A stretch of DNA of 64,000 bases from Octopus vulgaris (GCA_951406725.2 OX597828.1:15066001-15130000); one strand, 5' to 3'; shown: positions 1 through 13,734, counted from the stretch's first letter. The notes: generated by a model from the letters alone, not told the origin. Program-made: numbers and translations.

Positions 1-672
1 TCATCATCATTTAGCGTCCGCTTTCCATGCTAGCATGGGTTGGACGGTTCAACTGGGGTCTGGGAAGCCAGAAGGCTGCACCAGGCCCAGTCTGATCTGG
101 CAATGTTTCTACGGCTGGATGCCCTTCCTGACGCCAACCACTCCGTGAGTATAGTGGGTGCTTTTTACGTGCCACTAGCACGGGGGCCAGGCGAGGCTGG
201 CAGCGGCCACGATCAGATGGTGCTTTTTATGTGCCACTGGCACGGATGCCCGCCGGAGCGGCGCTGGCAATGGCGACGTTCGGATGGTTTGCTTACGTGT
301 CACCGGCACTGGTATCACAGCTACAATTTCCATTGATGTTGATAGATTTCGATTTTGATTCTGATTCTCACTTGCCTCAACAGGTCTTCACAAGTAGAGT
401 TTTGTGTCCCAAGAAGGAAAGGTTGCATAAGTGGACTGGCTACATCCCAGGTAGAGGCCATGGGTTATGGTCTCACTTGTCCTGCCGGGTCTTCTCACGC
501 ACAGCATACTTCCATAGGTCTCGGTCTCTAGTCATTTCCTCGGTGAGACCTAAAGTTTGAAGGTCATGCTTCACCACCTCGTCCTAGGTTTTCCTGGGTC
601 TACCTCTTCTACAAGTTCCCTCAACCGCTAGGGTGTGACATTTTTTCACACAACTATCTTCATCAATTCTCG

Positions 673-675
<3 letters not shown>
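1..675 (-). mobile_element. RTE-clade LINE 3' fragment (RT C-terminus plus 3' UTR, (TGA)n tail)
   Basis: Minus strand translates DEDSCVKKCHTLAVEGTCRRGRPRKT*DEVVKHDLQTLGL...RDRDLWK, the typical RTE C-terminus. The same family recurs at 43215 and 54605-55835. Confidence 0.8.
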
Positions 676-719
<44 letters not shown>

Positions 720-843
720 TGCAACAAGCTTCTTTCAGTTTCTATGAATCAAATCTTCTCACAAGGCTTTGGTCAGTCTGAGGTTATAGTAGAAGACACT
801 TGCCCAAGCAAACTTCATATCATACAGCCAGTGCTTGTCTACC

Positions 844-874
<31 letters not shown>

Positions 875-1361
875 TTGGATAGACAGACACATACACACAT
901 ACAGTCTCACATATACATACACATATAATCTTAGCAATATGTTCCAATTTAGAACACTGTGTATAGAAACTCCCACACTAAGATAGGTAATTTGTAATTG
1001 TCAAACTTCTTGTCACTTGTCACTTGTTAAGTAAGCATCTGCAAATTATAAATTGGATGAAAGTAGTTGACTTGTCATTAAACAATGTCTGGTGATTCTC
1101 TATTTAATATCATTTACAATATATTGAATAAGTACATTATTTCAGATTTATATATTTTCAATAAGGTAACCATTAGTAGCCATAGTTACTATATTAGTTT
1201 CTTAATCTACATGGAGTATGTATGTAAACATACATATATATTGTTATATTTTAGGATGGTCATTTTTTCTTTTCTTTTCTTTTTTTTTTTTGCAAATGAA
1301 CACACATACTATACATTTGTTCTCCACTTCAGAATTATTTTATTATTGCTCTTATTTTATG

Positions 1362-1508
1362 TAGGCGCAGGAGTAGCTTGCTTCCCAACCACATGGTTCT
1401 GGGTTCAGTCCCACTGCATGGCCTTGGGCAAGTGTCGTCTGCTATAGCCTCGGGCCGACCAAAGCCTTGTCAGTGGATTTGGTAGACGGAAACTGAAAGA
1501 AGCCTGTC

Positions 1509-1539
<31 letters not shown>

Positions 1540-1690
1540 TCCCTCCAACATCGCTTGACAACCAATGCTGGTGTGTTTACATTCTCGTAACCTAGCGGTT
1601 CGGCAAAAGAGACTGATAGAATAAGTACTAGGCTTATTTGTTTCAAAACATGATTTCACCTCAGGAATCTTACAAAACAAATAAATAAAC

Positions 1691-1739
<49 letters not shown>

Positions 1740-1810
1740 GACTAAAGGCAGTGCTTCAGCAGAGCCATAGTCAAATGACTGAAATAAGTAAAAGAATAAA
1801 AGAAAGAATA
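1362..1810 (+). mobile_element. tRNA-derived SINE (octopus OK/OR-type family)
   Basis: Head ggcgcaggagt...ggttcagtccc (B box), shared body (gccgaccaaagccttgt...gaaactgaaagaagcc) and tail (aaatgactgaaa...gtaaaaga) found in many copies across the window. Confidence 0.8.
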
Positions 1811-1831
1811 AGAATATATATATTCTTAAAC

Positions 1832-2122
1832 AAGAATATTAATGACTGAATTTTTGACCAGCTAAGCCATCGTTGGACTGCAATGCATTGAAGTTAATCT
1901 TGGTTTTATATAGTTTCTGTTGAGTTAAAATCTTTCTTGGGTTTGTGCATTTGTTTCTCCAAAACAATTCTCTATCACAACTCACCCTACAGTCCAATTT
2001 CTGCTTCACGCAAACCCAGATTGCCAAGAAAGATCTTAATGTATTAGAGACTAGATTAACTTCAATGCAGTCCAACAATGGCTTAGCTGGGTGAAACTTT
2101 TAAGTCACTGTCAATATTATTC
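1832..2122. mobile_element. Small palindromic/foldback element (MITE-like)
   Basis: ccagctaagccatcgttggactgca..ttgaagttaatct (1858-1900) is the near reverse complement of agattaacttcaatgcagtccaacaatggcttagctgg (2053-2090). Confidence 0.65.
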
Positions 2123-2863
2123 TTTTTTTTAAGAAGAGTAAATTTATTCTCAACAAATTAATGTAAAATTTATACTCAACAGATTAATGCAAAATTGTTT
2201 TTATCTTAACTGAACATAAAAAACTTTCATTAAAATGTGTGTCAGTGTGTGTCTGTATGTGTGCTCAGTTGAAATATAATTGGGAGATGGGACTACCTTG
2301 AGTAGTAGTTCTCAAACAGAAAAGTTCTGGACTAATTGCAAACCCCTCATTTTTAATGAGAAGACAAAATGAAGTTTGCATCCATATGATTCTTCTTTCT
2401 CCTTGTGGTGTTCATCTGGGCAAATATTTTCTTCTAAAGCTCCAGGGCTAACCAATGCCTTGTGAATAAATTTGGCAGACAGAAAGTGTGCGTGTGTGTG
2501 TGTGTGTGTGTGTGCCTTTGACACCCACCACCACCAATTGACAGGCAGTGTTGGTTTGTTTATGTCTCTGTAATTTAGCAGCTTAGCAAAAAAGACTAAT
2601 AAAATATATACCAGATTTTTAAAAATAGGTACTGAGTCAATTTGTTTGATTAAAACTCTTCAAGGTCAATTGGTGCCCAAGCATAACCACAGCCCAAAGA
2701 CTGAAGAATAAGTATGACTGAAATATAAGATGAAAGATGTCAATTTGTTTTCTGCCTTTTTAATCCTCACAGGCCTCTCCAGAGGGATAGCCCATTCCCC
2801 CACATCTGTGAAAAACACTGGGTTAGCAAGCGAAAGATCAGATCAATATCTGCAATATGTTGT

Positions 2864-3703
2864 ATACAAGGTGTTCAGCCTAAACTTGCATTTTTTATCT
2901 GCATTTCTTTTTTTTAGGAACAGCTTGATGTATTGATGAACAGTCAATGACATTGGAAAGCAGAAAGACTGAAAAAAAGTCAGCTGACATGGGGAACTGG
3001 TATCCTTCTGAACATTGGAAAAGAGTTACTTGTATCATTATGATTTGCCCTAGGTATCAAAATGCTGACATCATGACTGCTGCTCAATGCTCTGTGAACA
3101 GTGTAAAGGCTGTAAGACGTGACATAGACATCATGAAAACCAAGTTCCCCCAAATTGTAATGATTTTTTGGTGTGGCTCCAGTGAGGGTGATGTTATGCC
3201 ACCGCACATCTTTGAATAGGGCCTTAGGCTCAATTCAAGCAATTATGTGAAGCTGCTGAAGACTTGTGGTCTAATCCTGGCTAAAGAAGGTTGCTGCAGG
3301 AAGGCCATATGCGTGGCAGCAGGATTCAGCTCTTTGCATACCTCCAGAAAGAGTCAGAAGTGGTTATCAGAGAATTCTAGTTTCCTAATTCCCACAATTG
3401 TAATCCCAAAGATGACAATGTGTTCAGTGTGGTTGAGGACACCAACTGCTCTGCCTGCAGCACCAAGGCCAAGCTGATGGCCAAGATCAAAATGTTCAAA
3501 GATCTTCCAGGATCACAGTAAGAACTGTATGCACAAGGTTCTGGAACCATCTTGAAGCTGAGAGGTGGCTACTTTGGGTAAACTGTTATCTCCCACCCAT
3601 AATCTAGTCGATATTTTGTGATTTAAAATACTTTTGTTTTTGGATGGAAAATTGTTTTCTTTTCCTTTTATACAAACTGCCAAATTTAACATTAATACCC
3701 TGT
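2864..3703 (+). mobile_element. Decayed Tc1/mariner transposon
   Basis: TA-flanked ends (tacaaggtg... / ...accctgta). Broken translation includes SSEGDVMPPHIFE, WQQDSA-HTSRKSQKWLSEN and PNS..CNP.D, matching DDD-domain motifs. Confidence 0.75.
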
Positions 3704-4084
3704 AGTTAGCAATATTATGATATGGTCAAGTGGTTAAGAAATTCAATTGTAAACTCACATAATATATTGAGCAATTGTCTTCTGGTACAGTTTCAGGATG
3801 ATGACACAATGTGATAAACTGAAATAAATCAGAGGTGGGAATGTCACGTGGGCTTGCCTTAGGGTGTCTTTTGTAGAATCCTAGTCATGAGCGTTCAGAC
3901 CAAGACTTGAATATAAGGATAATCCATTACATTAGTTGTGATCTTTATCCAAGTTTCTTCCAGTGATATTTAGAAGTTTTGCAAAAAAGGTTAAAGGTGC
4001 TGCTTTGTTTCATATGATTGAACCATAAAATAAAATTTTTTAAATATACATAGACACACAGAATATGAAAATGTGGTCTTATAG

Positions 4085-4545
4085 ATGCAGGCATGACTGT
4101 GTAATTAAAAAGAGGTTGCTTCCCAACGCACTTGGCTTCAGATTCAGTCCCACTGCATTGCACCTTGGACAAATGCCTTCTACTATAGCCCCAGGCCAAC
4201 CAAAGCCTTGTGAGGAGATCTGGTAGATGAAAACTGAACCAAATCCACTTTGTGTGTGTGGATGGATAGATAGATATACATACGTATGTAATGTATAAGT
4301 GTGAGTGTGCATGTGTGCTTGTGTATGTGTGTGTGTGTGAGAGAGAGAAAGAGAGAGAGCACCTCATTGTCTTGACATTGTGTGATTTGGTGTAAACAAG
4401 TGTCACCACCATACAGGTGGTGTCTTTTGTTTCCAATCTTCCATGGAAAAATATTCAACTGAAGAAAAATCTGCCTCAATTCTGCCAGATCCATGTGAGC
4501 ATGGAAAAGTGAACATTAAAATGATGATAATGACAATGATGATGT
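4085..4545 (+). mobile_element. Diverged tRNA-derived SINE
   Basis: Same head/body as the 1362 copy, with CpG-to-TpG/CpA decay. Confidence 0.7.
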
Positions 4546-4984
4546 GAGCAAAGTTCAAATTAACATGTTAACATGCTAAACTTTTTCAAGTTTCACATCT
4601 GATTTTTTAGTTCAATAAAACTAATTGGAAATACAAACTTGTGAGATTTTTAAAAAAACAAACGTAACACATCATTAAATGAAATAAAATAAACAGCATT
4701 TTGTTAGAATATCAACTGGATATTTTTATTCATCTGATATTTCAACTATTATAAAATTATACAAAAATATTTTAATACCAAAAACAAACAAAAATGCAGC
4801 TTAAATAAAATTTAAAAAATTAAAATCAAAAACAGAACAGTAATCGTAAGTTACATCTTCAACAATGATTTACAATTTCTATCACTGTGTAGACAACTAA
4901 GTTAATATATATATATATATATACTCCTTTGTTTCTGGATAAAAAAATATAACAATTTCCCTTAAGCAGATAAATATTGTACAC

Positions 4985-4991
4985 ACATTTT

Positions 4992-5033
<42 letters not shown>

Positions 5034-5137
5034 TCACATATAGCTACCATGTATGAGTATATGTGTATTATCTTTGTGTACATGAATACACACATATATA
5101 TATACTTATATACATACTCATATACACATTCATACAA

Positions 5138-5184
<47 letters not shown>

Positions 5185-5230
5185 AACATGCATATATACA
5201 TATTTATATTATATATACACACACACACAC

Positions 5231-5265
<35 letters not shown>

Positions 5266-5380
5266 CATACACACATATATACACAGCTATGTACATGTGT
5301 GTGTGTGTGTGTGTATAAGACAAACGTACATATATACAAATATAAATATATAAACGTGTGTGTGTGTATGTGTGTCTGTA
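4985..5380. repeat. Compound (TA)n/(CA)n microsatellite
   Basis: Direct inspection. It explains the YI/HT/CV ORFs in the track. Confidence 0.95.
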
Positions 5381-5688
5381 GCATGTCTTTAAAATCATAC
5401 ACATCTATCTACAAATATGATCGATATATTTTCAATAGACAATACAATAGACACTACGACAACAATAGATAACTCTAATCAAGCAATTAGTGAACTTTTA
5501 ACAGAGTTGTGTGATCACTGAAAGCAATCGATAGTTATACATAAACGAATTTGGCGCTGATTGTCTTGTGGGTGACACATTAACATAGAACATCTATTAA
5601 CACTGTGAGATTTCCACAATGAATCTTCTGTCATATCTTTTCACCCGATATAGAAGACACCAATAAAATAGGTTATCTAGCTAGGGTG

Positions 5689-5736
<48 letters not shown>

Positions 5737-6102
5737 CTGAGGGAAAGGAGATTGGGGGAGAGGGATCCTGTTCGTGCTGGAAACAGCAGTCAAGTCTCTC
5801 TCGAATGAAACCCTGCGTTCTTAAATAAAGGAAAGGGCACACTGGATATTGTAGTGTTACATAACCTGAAAAATAGGATCATAGGCTTGTTCCATCAAGG
5901 ATGACAATAACAATAACGACAACAACAACAACGAACAGGGTGGAATCGAGCTTCTTTCTACGTAGTTGTTCGATCTGCTGGGGAGTCTCTATACGGTCGC
6001 TAGCAACCAAATCTCCTTCGAATCACAAACACTACCACCATCACCACCGCCACCCCAAAGAAAAGTGGACTCATTGGATATAATAGTCCTACCTTGTTAA
6101 AA

Positions 6103-6175
<73 letters not shown>
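6103..6175. repeat. (TAA)n microsatellite
   Basis: Direct inspection. Confidence 0.95.
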
Positions 6176-6177
<2 letters not shown>

Positions 6178-6986
6178 CGCTATGATTAAGATGTCTTTAC
6201 ATCATAGGTCTGCTCGATCAAGGTTGACCAAGGGCTAAATAACAACAAATTGCTTGATGTTGTAACAAGCAGATCCCCCCTCACCCTCTCCCCCAAATCA
6301 CCTTCAACAAATTTCCCTGCCGTCTTTCAAAGGAGGAAATGGGGTGTGCTTGAAATTTTGAACAATTGCACGCCCGCCCCCGCAATAAAAGACATTATTT
6401 CAATAACATCTATCTGATTAGTAAAATGCCCAAATTTTCCCGTTCAAACAAACTGCGTGCAACAGCAGCAGCAGCAGCAGATTAAACAACATCAATTAAT
6501 GATCAATCGACCACCAATTAAGAGAGATTAATCACAAATAATTAATCCATTTTGCAGAAAGTTGATGAAAAGCAGAAGGGTTGCGGTTTTTTTATTTATA
6601 TTTTTTTTCCGATACTTTTTAGTTTTAAGCCATTTCTATCATAATTATTCGCACGACAACAGAGTAATTAATAATAGATAACCACAATAACAATGAGATG
6701 TTGGCGACTAGCTTACTCTTTGACAATATTTCATTAACAACATAAATATTTTTTCTTAAATAAGCATTCCAGAAATATACATGATTTATATATATATACT
6801 ACAAATATGTAAAAACAAATTTCAATTTTCCCTTTGAATTATCTAAAAAAAATTATAGAAATATAAATATATAATAATATATATATATGTATACATAATT
6901 CGCAATGAGAGACAATATTCACAAAAAATTCGCAATAAGAATTGTTGTAACAATGTAGAGTGTCAGTTTAATTATTATATCACATG

Positions 6987-7021
<35 letters not shown>

Positions 7022-8000
7022 GTATGTGTAATCACATACGCATGCAAAAGAACATTTATATATATACACACACAAACATGTGTGTATGAATGCATGTATG
7101 TGTATGCATGTATGTATGTATGTATGTATGTATGTATATACCTGCATACATTAGCATTTAAATATATGCAAACAAGTGTACATATATATGTACGTGTGTG
7201 TGTGTGTGTATAAATACATACATGCATGCATGCATACACATGCACGAGCGCACATATGCATGAAATCATCATACAAATACACGCACGCGCATGCATGCAT
7301 ACATAATATATATACACGCCCACATATCAGTAAGACGTTACGCTGAAAAGTGCGCGTGCATATGAAAGTGACGCGTGCGCGACTCGTGTGAACGAACGCA
7401 CAGACGCGTGCGGTGCGCGTGCCTATGTGTGTGGCATGGTTGGTTTGTAGGTATGTATGTGCGCGTGTGTGCGCGCGCGATATATCAAAAAGCGGCTGAC
7501 ACTCTACAGCGCTCAAAACTACTTTCATCTAGTGTTAATTGTTTATGACAAGCACCAATATTAAACCGAGGAATAGCGATTATTATTCAGTGAATTTCGA
7601 ATGGTCCATCGAGTATAAAAATATATATATACATGTCTATATAAACATTGGTAATAAAAACAATAATAAAACTAACACTTCATACATACATACATACATA
7701 CATACATAACATACATACATGTTGGTTTAACAAAATCGAATTTTTAAAAACTTTATAATGCACATATTAAGATAAATATATACAAAAAAAAAAAAAAAGA
7801 TTTCACGTTAATTACTAACATAGTTTCTAAAAATAAGAAACGAATAATTTTTTTTTTCCTCAATTTTCCTATAAATTTTTCCGTGTACAAAAATATATTG
7901 TTTAAACTTAGAATTGTTGGGTTTGGGGGATGCGCATTTTTTTTTTTTTCAATTAAAAAAAGAATGTTCTTCAATTTTTCTTCTCTCAACTACTCCCATA

Positions 8001-8047
<47 letters not shown>

Positions 8048-8377
8048 CACACACACACATATATATTCATACATACACATACATATATGACAACAGTTGA
8101 AGAGACAGACACTACAACAAAAAGAATGTTATTTCCACAATGATATGTTAATGAAGGACAGGCAGTATCACTATTTATACAAAGATATTTTCACTATACT
8201 GTAACAATGCTAATAGTTATGAAGTATGTAGCATTTACAAATGTGTACGGCAAAACAAAATCAAAGATCAACATTTCAATACTTCCAAAACACTTTTTTT
8301 CTTCTGTCTTTTACACTAGTTGCTCAATACAAGATTCCTAGTCAAAAAAAAAATTCTTTTAAAAAAGGCCGAAGAAA

Positions 8378-9499
8378 CTATAAAGACTCATGAAGGTTAC
8401 ACTGGATATATCGACTTTTTCTATTTTTAAGAAATCGCAAAACAATCCAAAGAGAACCGAATACTACGATGATGACAAGTGCCGCCGAAAAGCCAACAAC
8501 TAAACGTATCAACAGTTCGAATTTAGTCTTTTTATTAACGCTCAGCGCTACCGATACTATTTTAGTATGTTGTCCTACAGTCACCACACATCTATATATA
8601 CCCTTGTGTTCCCTGCGGACATTTTTGATCACCAGAGAATGATTGGATGTGACGAAAATGTCCTTGCGAAAGTCTCCAGCGTAAAGATCCTCGGTTACTT
8701 TCTTCTCCATTTCTTCTCCCCCGGGTATAGTCCAGTAGATTTCTGGGTTGACGGTCAAGTTTGATGTGTCCACCTCACAGTCGTAGGTCAGTGTGTTGCC
8801 GATTTCTGACGCGTCTCTATTCGGAGGTTTCTTCACAAAATAGATATTAGTCGGTGCCATGTCGTCGTAGAACTGATCGAGTCCGATTTCCGATGTATTA
8901 TCAAATGTTAGCACGGTAACAGTAGCACTCGCCACTAAGGTAGTCGCCGCCGATTCCTCTATCACACTCTGGATCTTTTGTCTGGTTATATTTCTTGTAT
9001 TAGTAGTTGGTCGTCTGCTTTTGCTGAGATTAGTTTCAAAATGCATCTTTTTTGTTTCGTTAGGTATCGATTTGAAAGTATTGTTTTTGGCAACTCTTTT
9101 CTCTTCTCTAACTTGTCTGTATCTGCGTACTCCTCTTCGCGGTTGATGTAAATATAACATTTGTGGGCTTTCAACAGTTAGTTTGTGTGGTTTTTCGATG
9201 CTTATGTTGTTGCTTCTCTCATTTTCGGAAATTAGTTCTTGTCTCGTTTTGCCAATATTGTTGATAAACTCTGTTTTAGTTGTCACTGATTCCGTTTGAG
9301 TTGTCACTTTCGCACAAGGTGAATCCATGCAGTCAATTAAACTGCTCGATTTATGGTGAGAAGGAGGAGGTGAAGTGCGAACAAACATGTTCTCTTCATG
9401 GGGATTACTGTTCGTTCCATAAACATCGACAACCAGTAGTAACAAGTGTGCAATGCTGAGCAACACGAGAGAGCAAAACATGTTGACGCTTCTTTCCAT
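8378..9499 (-). CDS. Single-exon type I transmembrane protein with one Ig (I-set-like) domain, 373 aa
   Basis: 1122-nt uninterrupted non-repeat ORF with Kozak-like aaaaccATGG. Hydrophobic signal peptide (FCSLVLLSIAHLLLLVVDVYG). Ig hallmarks: IYFVKKP (A strand), GNTLTYDC (B-strand Cys), PEIYWTIPGG (C-strand Trp), SLVIKNVRREHKGIYRCVV (E/F strands, Y-x-C). TM LLIRLVVGFSAALVIIVVFGSLWIVL followed by basic stop-transfer RFLKNRK. Confidence 0.9.
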   Translation of the reverse strand: MERSVNMFCSLVLLSIAHLLLLVVDVYGTNSNPHEENMFVRTSPPPSHHKSSSLIDCMDSPCAKVTTQTESVTTKTEFINNIGKTRQELISENERSNNISIEKPHKLTVESPQMLYLHQPRRGVRRYRQVREEKRVAKNNTFKSIPNETKKMHFETNLSKSRRPTTNTRNITRQKIQSVIEESAATTLVASATVTVLTFDNTSEIGLDQFYDDMAPTNIYFVKKPPNRDASEIGNTLTYDCEVDTSNLTVNPEIYWTIPGGEEMEKKVTEDLYAGDFRKDIFVTSNHSLVIKNVRREHKGIYRCVVTVGQHTKIVSVALSVNKKTKFELLIRLVVGFSAALVIIVVFGSLWIVLRFLKNRKSRYIQCNLHESL

Positions 9500-9516
9500 G
9501 GTTTTCCGGTGAGATA

Positions 9517-9544
9517 CTGACAGATGAACAGGAAAAGGTGTTAG
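9517..9544 (-). promoter_or_regulatory. Candidate 3' splice acceptor just upstream of the Ig-TM start codon
   Basis: Minus strand reads CTAAC-accttttcctgttcatctgt-CAG|tatctcaccggaaaaccATG: branch-point consensus, pyrimidine tract and CAG. Confidence 0.5.
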
Positions 9545-10992
9545 GAAAGTTTTGAAATAATCTTCAGCAGTAATCCACGCATTCTTACATCTTATGTCAC
9601 TGATGCCAACTACAATATAAGTTCACCTGCGCAGCGATAATACCATAGCAACCAGGTTCTCATTGGTTGCATTAGCCGGACTCTCCTTCTATGTTAATAC
9701 AAGTCTGTTGCTGTCGATGACATGCAAGCAGGTAAATTCACGATTATTGCATTAGCTACTGTGACCTTTCCAATATATTTGCCAGACTATAAATAAATAA
9801 TTGCAATACCAAACTATTCACCGCTTCAGTCAGACAACAAACAAATAAATAAACAGATTCTTCGAAATCGTTTTTTCTTTCTCTCTCCAAAATCTTTAAA
9901 TGGCGGTTTCTTTAAATATAACGTCTGCAACTAAGAAAGAAAAGGAGAGAATCTTTTTCTAAGTGGAGTTCACTTAAATATAGATTCAGTACATTGTATG
10001 CTGGAATTTTCAAATTAAAGATATTTGCATCTTTACAGTCCTTTCCCAAAATGCTAGTCCGTCAGTAAGCGAAAAACACATTTCTAATAAAAACACAGTT
10101 ATTGGAAACTTGCTAAGAGCTGCCGCTTCGGCCGACGAAGATCGCAACCTGAAGCTATCCAATAACGCGGCAATTTTTTTTTTTTCTTTTTGCCTCTCCA
10201 AGATGACGTAGGAAAATACTGAAAAAATATCCAACTATATTGTCATACGTACCAAACGTATAGAAAGTAAATTTAAATCTGTTCCAAATACTCGTTTTAT
10301 TGGTTATTTTGCTAATTCAGTTTCATCAATAAAATTATTTCAAATGTTAAGGAAATCAAACTTTCAAATAAAAAAAAATTTTTTTAAAGTACTGTAAATC
10401 CGCGGACTTGTTGCAAAGTAAATGATGATTTCTATACGGAAAAATTTCTGCAGAGAAAATACCATCAAAGGAAGATTCTGACATGATAGGCATATTCCAT
10501 AAAATATTTTGAATGTTGTGACATTTAGTTGAAGATATCGATCTTCTCCCTCTATCTGAAAACTTTCCAGCTTACAAAACTATTTATGAAGAAGATAAAA
10601 AGAATAATCAATAGCGAGTTTGAATGAAAATATCAGAGTTCTTCCTCGTCTGGAAAATGCTTTCGGTGCGATATAGTTGTTATACAATGTGTGTGTGTGT
10701 GTGTGTCTGTGTGTGTGTGTGTAAAATGTATTACTTCGTTTCCCCCTCCCCATACAAGTTATTCAATCGATCGAATACTATAAATATTTAATCTCATTTA
10801 TAACTGTGTTAACAACCTACGGAACGATGATATCATCAAACATTTATGGACACTGTCCTTTAACTACACGGACTGACTTACGTTGAAATAACGAGCGAGC
10901 GAAGAAACCTCTAAATCTGAGGACGAGGGCCCTCTCGACCATACTCAAAATTTGAGTCTGATTATCAACGAAGTCTCCAAAACCAGTCTTTC

Positions 10993-11545
10993 ATCTTTTA
11001 CTTGTTTCAGTCATTAGACTGTGGCCATGCTGGAGCACCGCCTTAACGTACTTATAGTCGAATTAATCGACCCCCAGTACTTTTTTAAAGCTTAGTACAT
11101 ATTCTATCGGTATATTTTGCTGAACGCTAAGTTACGAGGACGTAAACACACCAACGCTGGTTGTCAAGCGGTGGTGGAGGACATAGACACAAAGACACAC
11201 ACACACGTGTGTGTGTGTGACGGGCTTCTTTCAGTTTCCGTCTACCAAATCCACTCACAAGGTTTTGGTAGGTCCGAGGATAAAGTAGAAGACACGCAAG
11301 GTGCCATGCAGTGGGGACTGAACCAGGAACTATATGATTGGGGAGCAAGGTTCTTATTTCTTTATTGGCCACAAGGGGCTAAACATAGAGGGGACAAACA
11401 AGGACAGACAAGGAGATTAAGTCGATTACATTGACCCCAGTGCGTAACAGGTACTTAATTTATCGACCCCGAAAGGATGAAAGGCAAAGTCGACCTCGGC
11501 GGAATTTGAACTAAAGCTTCTTACCACACAGCCACGCCTGCGCCT
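10993..11545 (-). mobile_element. tRNA-derived SINE with a nested second SINE (about 11356-11512)
   Basis: Host head rc ends ...ttaccacacagccacgcctgcgcct. The insert carries tttatcgaccccgaaaggatgaaaggcaaagtcgacc, a Nin/Deu-like central domain. Confidence 0.8.
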
Positions 11546-13734
11546 ATATGTATAAAATAAATAAATAGATAAATAAATAAATAAATAAATAAATAAAAAG
11601 TGGTCTAAGCCTTTAAAACTAAAACATTTTTGTATTTCGGGATGGTCATTTTTTTTTTCATGTCAGACGAACACGCACTACGTAATCGTTCTTCACTCGT
11701 TTATTATTGTTATTTTATCTTATGTCCACTCTCTGGAAATCATTCGTCGCACATCTGTGACCTCTTCAGCCACTCTTCCATCCCCATCCGTCTCCTCCTG
11801 GTCTGTTTAGTCCATTCTCATAAACATAACTAAAAAAACAATAATTGAATAGAAGTTGTATAGCCAGGAATTTGTCAAATTAGATTCATTATTTTCTCAC
11901 CACATATGCGCTCCCATACTGTTCCTTACACACATGCAGTTCGCCTCTGATAGTAACAAGCTTTTCAACCCTTGCTGTACATACATAGTCACTTGACCTG
12001 TTAGAAATAGTAGCCGCACCTCATTTAACTCACACCAGCTGTCGTTTTCTTTTAATTTTTTTTTTTGTTTTGTTTTTAAAGACGAGGAGGCGCTGTATAA
12101 GAGGGGGTTCTTTGAAACTGATGCATCAAAAACTCCTATTAAACAGTCTGTGAAAAACAAATCAAGCAGGATGGTTACGATAGGAATATCTTTGATCATA
12201 GGTCTGCTTGTTTAGAGCCGATACAGGTCTAATCAATAACACTATCAATGAAAGCAAAAGTAAAAATTAAACACACACACACACAAAGAGAAGAATATTT
12301 TGTTTGCCGTGGGGAAAAAAGAATGCCTATAGTTCCTCCCATCTTGGCAAAGTAACATTTTTTTGTCTCTAATCTATTGATAATTGCCAATACAACCTTA
12401 GAGTCCAGTGATTATTAGATTCTATTATGGTTCCACTATTAGCATGAAATCGCTCATTAACGCACTCTGACTTCTAGCTCGTAGACATACTGTCTCCTTA
12501 CTGTGCCCTTCCTACCGCTGCTAGTGACCCCTCTACACCTCGAAGCTGGTTGATCTCGTGCAACCAACACTCAAACCCACCCACCCTATTCATTCACGTT
12601 TCCCCCTTCCGTCGTTCATATTGTAATCATGACTCCAGACATCGCTTTAATCCTTTATCCAAGCCCGTTTTTCTTCTGATATCAACCAACGAGAATTCTC
12701 ATTCTGCTCAAAATTTTTCCTGCACCCCTCAACTTGCATTGCTTTTTTTTTTTTAATCACTTACTCAGAGTGGGAAAAAGGAGTGTCCATGCTCCTTTTC
12801 CATGGTCTCTGAGATTGGTAGGAGGAGAAGGGGAAATTATCCGTAAACCGGAGACCAGGCCAGAATGCCTGCAATAAAGTGGACTCAATTAAAGACACTG
12901 AGTGACAAGATGTGGTGTTAAGCTGAGCGATGGTTTAAATCTCCCACATCAACTAGCAATTGTTCAATAAGAATGTCAACCACATTGATCTAACCAGTTT
13001 CAGAGGGCTTACAAAGGTCACAGGTACAGTCATATCCTTCCAAGTTAAACCATTTAAATATAATAATAAAAAAATTAAAACCATCTAGTATAAAGATCAT
13101 AGCCTTCTTTTGATAACTATTTGTCACATATAATACGGCAGAATCGTTAAAGTATCAGACAAAATGCCTTACTATATTAGTTCCGGCTCTTTATGTTTTT
13201 GAGTTCAAATCTCGCCGAGGCAAATTTTTGTCTTTTATCTCTCCTGGATCGACAAAATAAAGTTTAACCTGTGAATTTGCCACCCTTCCTCTCAAATTGT
13301 GCCAAAATTAGAAAATTATTCAGATTAATCATCTGATTTAAGACGATAGAGTGAACTATGAAGTAGATTTGGCTACTAGTTCTAACAGATCGAGCATCAA
13401 ATATAGTGTAACGGTCACCAAACCAAAGAGGAAACTTATAGGTGAGTGCTCGACCATCCAGAAACAGTTGCCAAATCTCTGTCAAGACACCCTGCATTTA
13501 AAAACGAAAAGACAATGAGTAGATGTTGTTCTAGATACTCTGTTTGGAAATATATGCGGGGTGGTCAAGGAAGGAATATTTTTGATCAAAGGCCTGCACG
13601 ATCAGAATTGATCTGGGGCAAAACAACAAAAAGAATAATAATGAAACCATCAGACTAAACATAAAAATACCAACACATGTAGAAGACAAAAGTACTGGCC
13701 AGTAACACAGAAACAATAACGAAAGCTAAACGAC

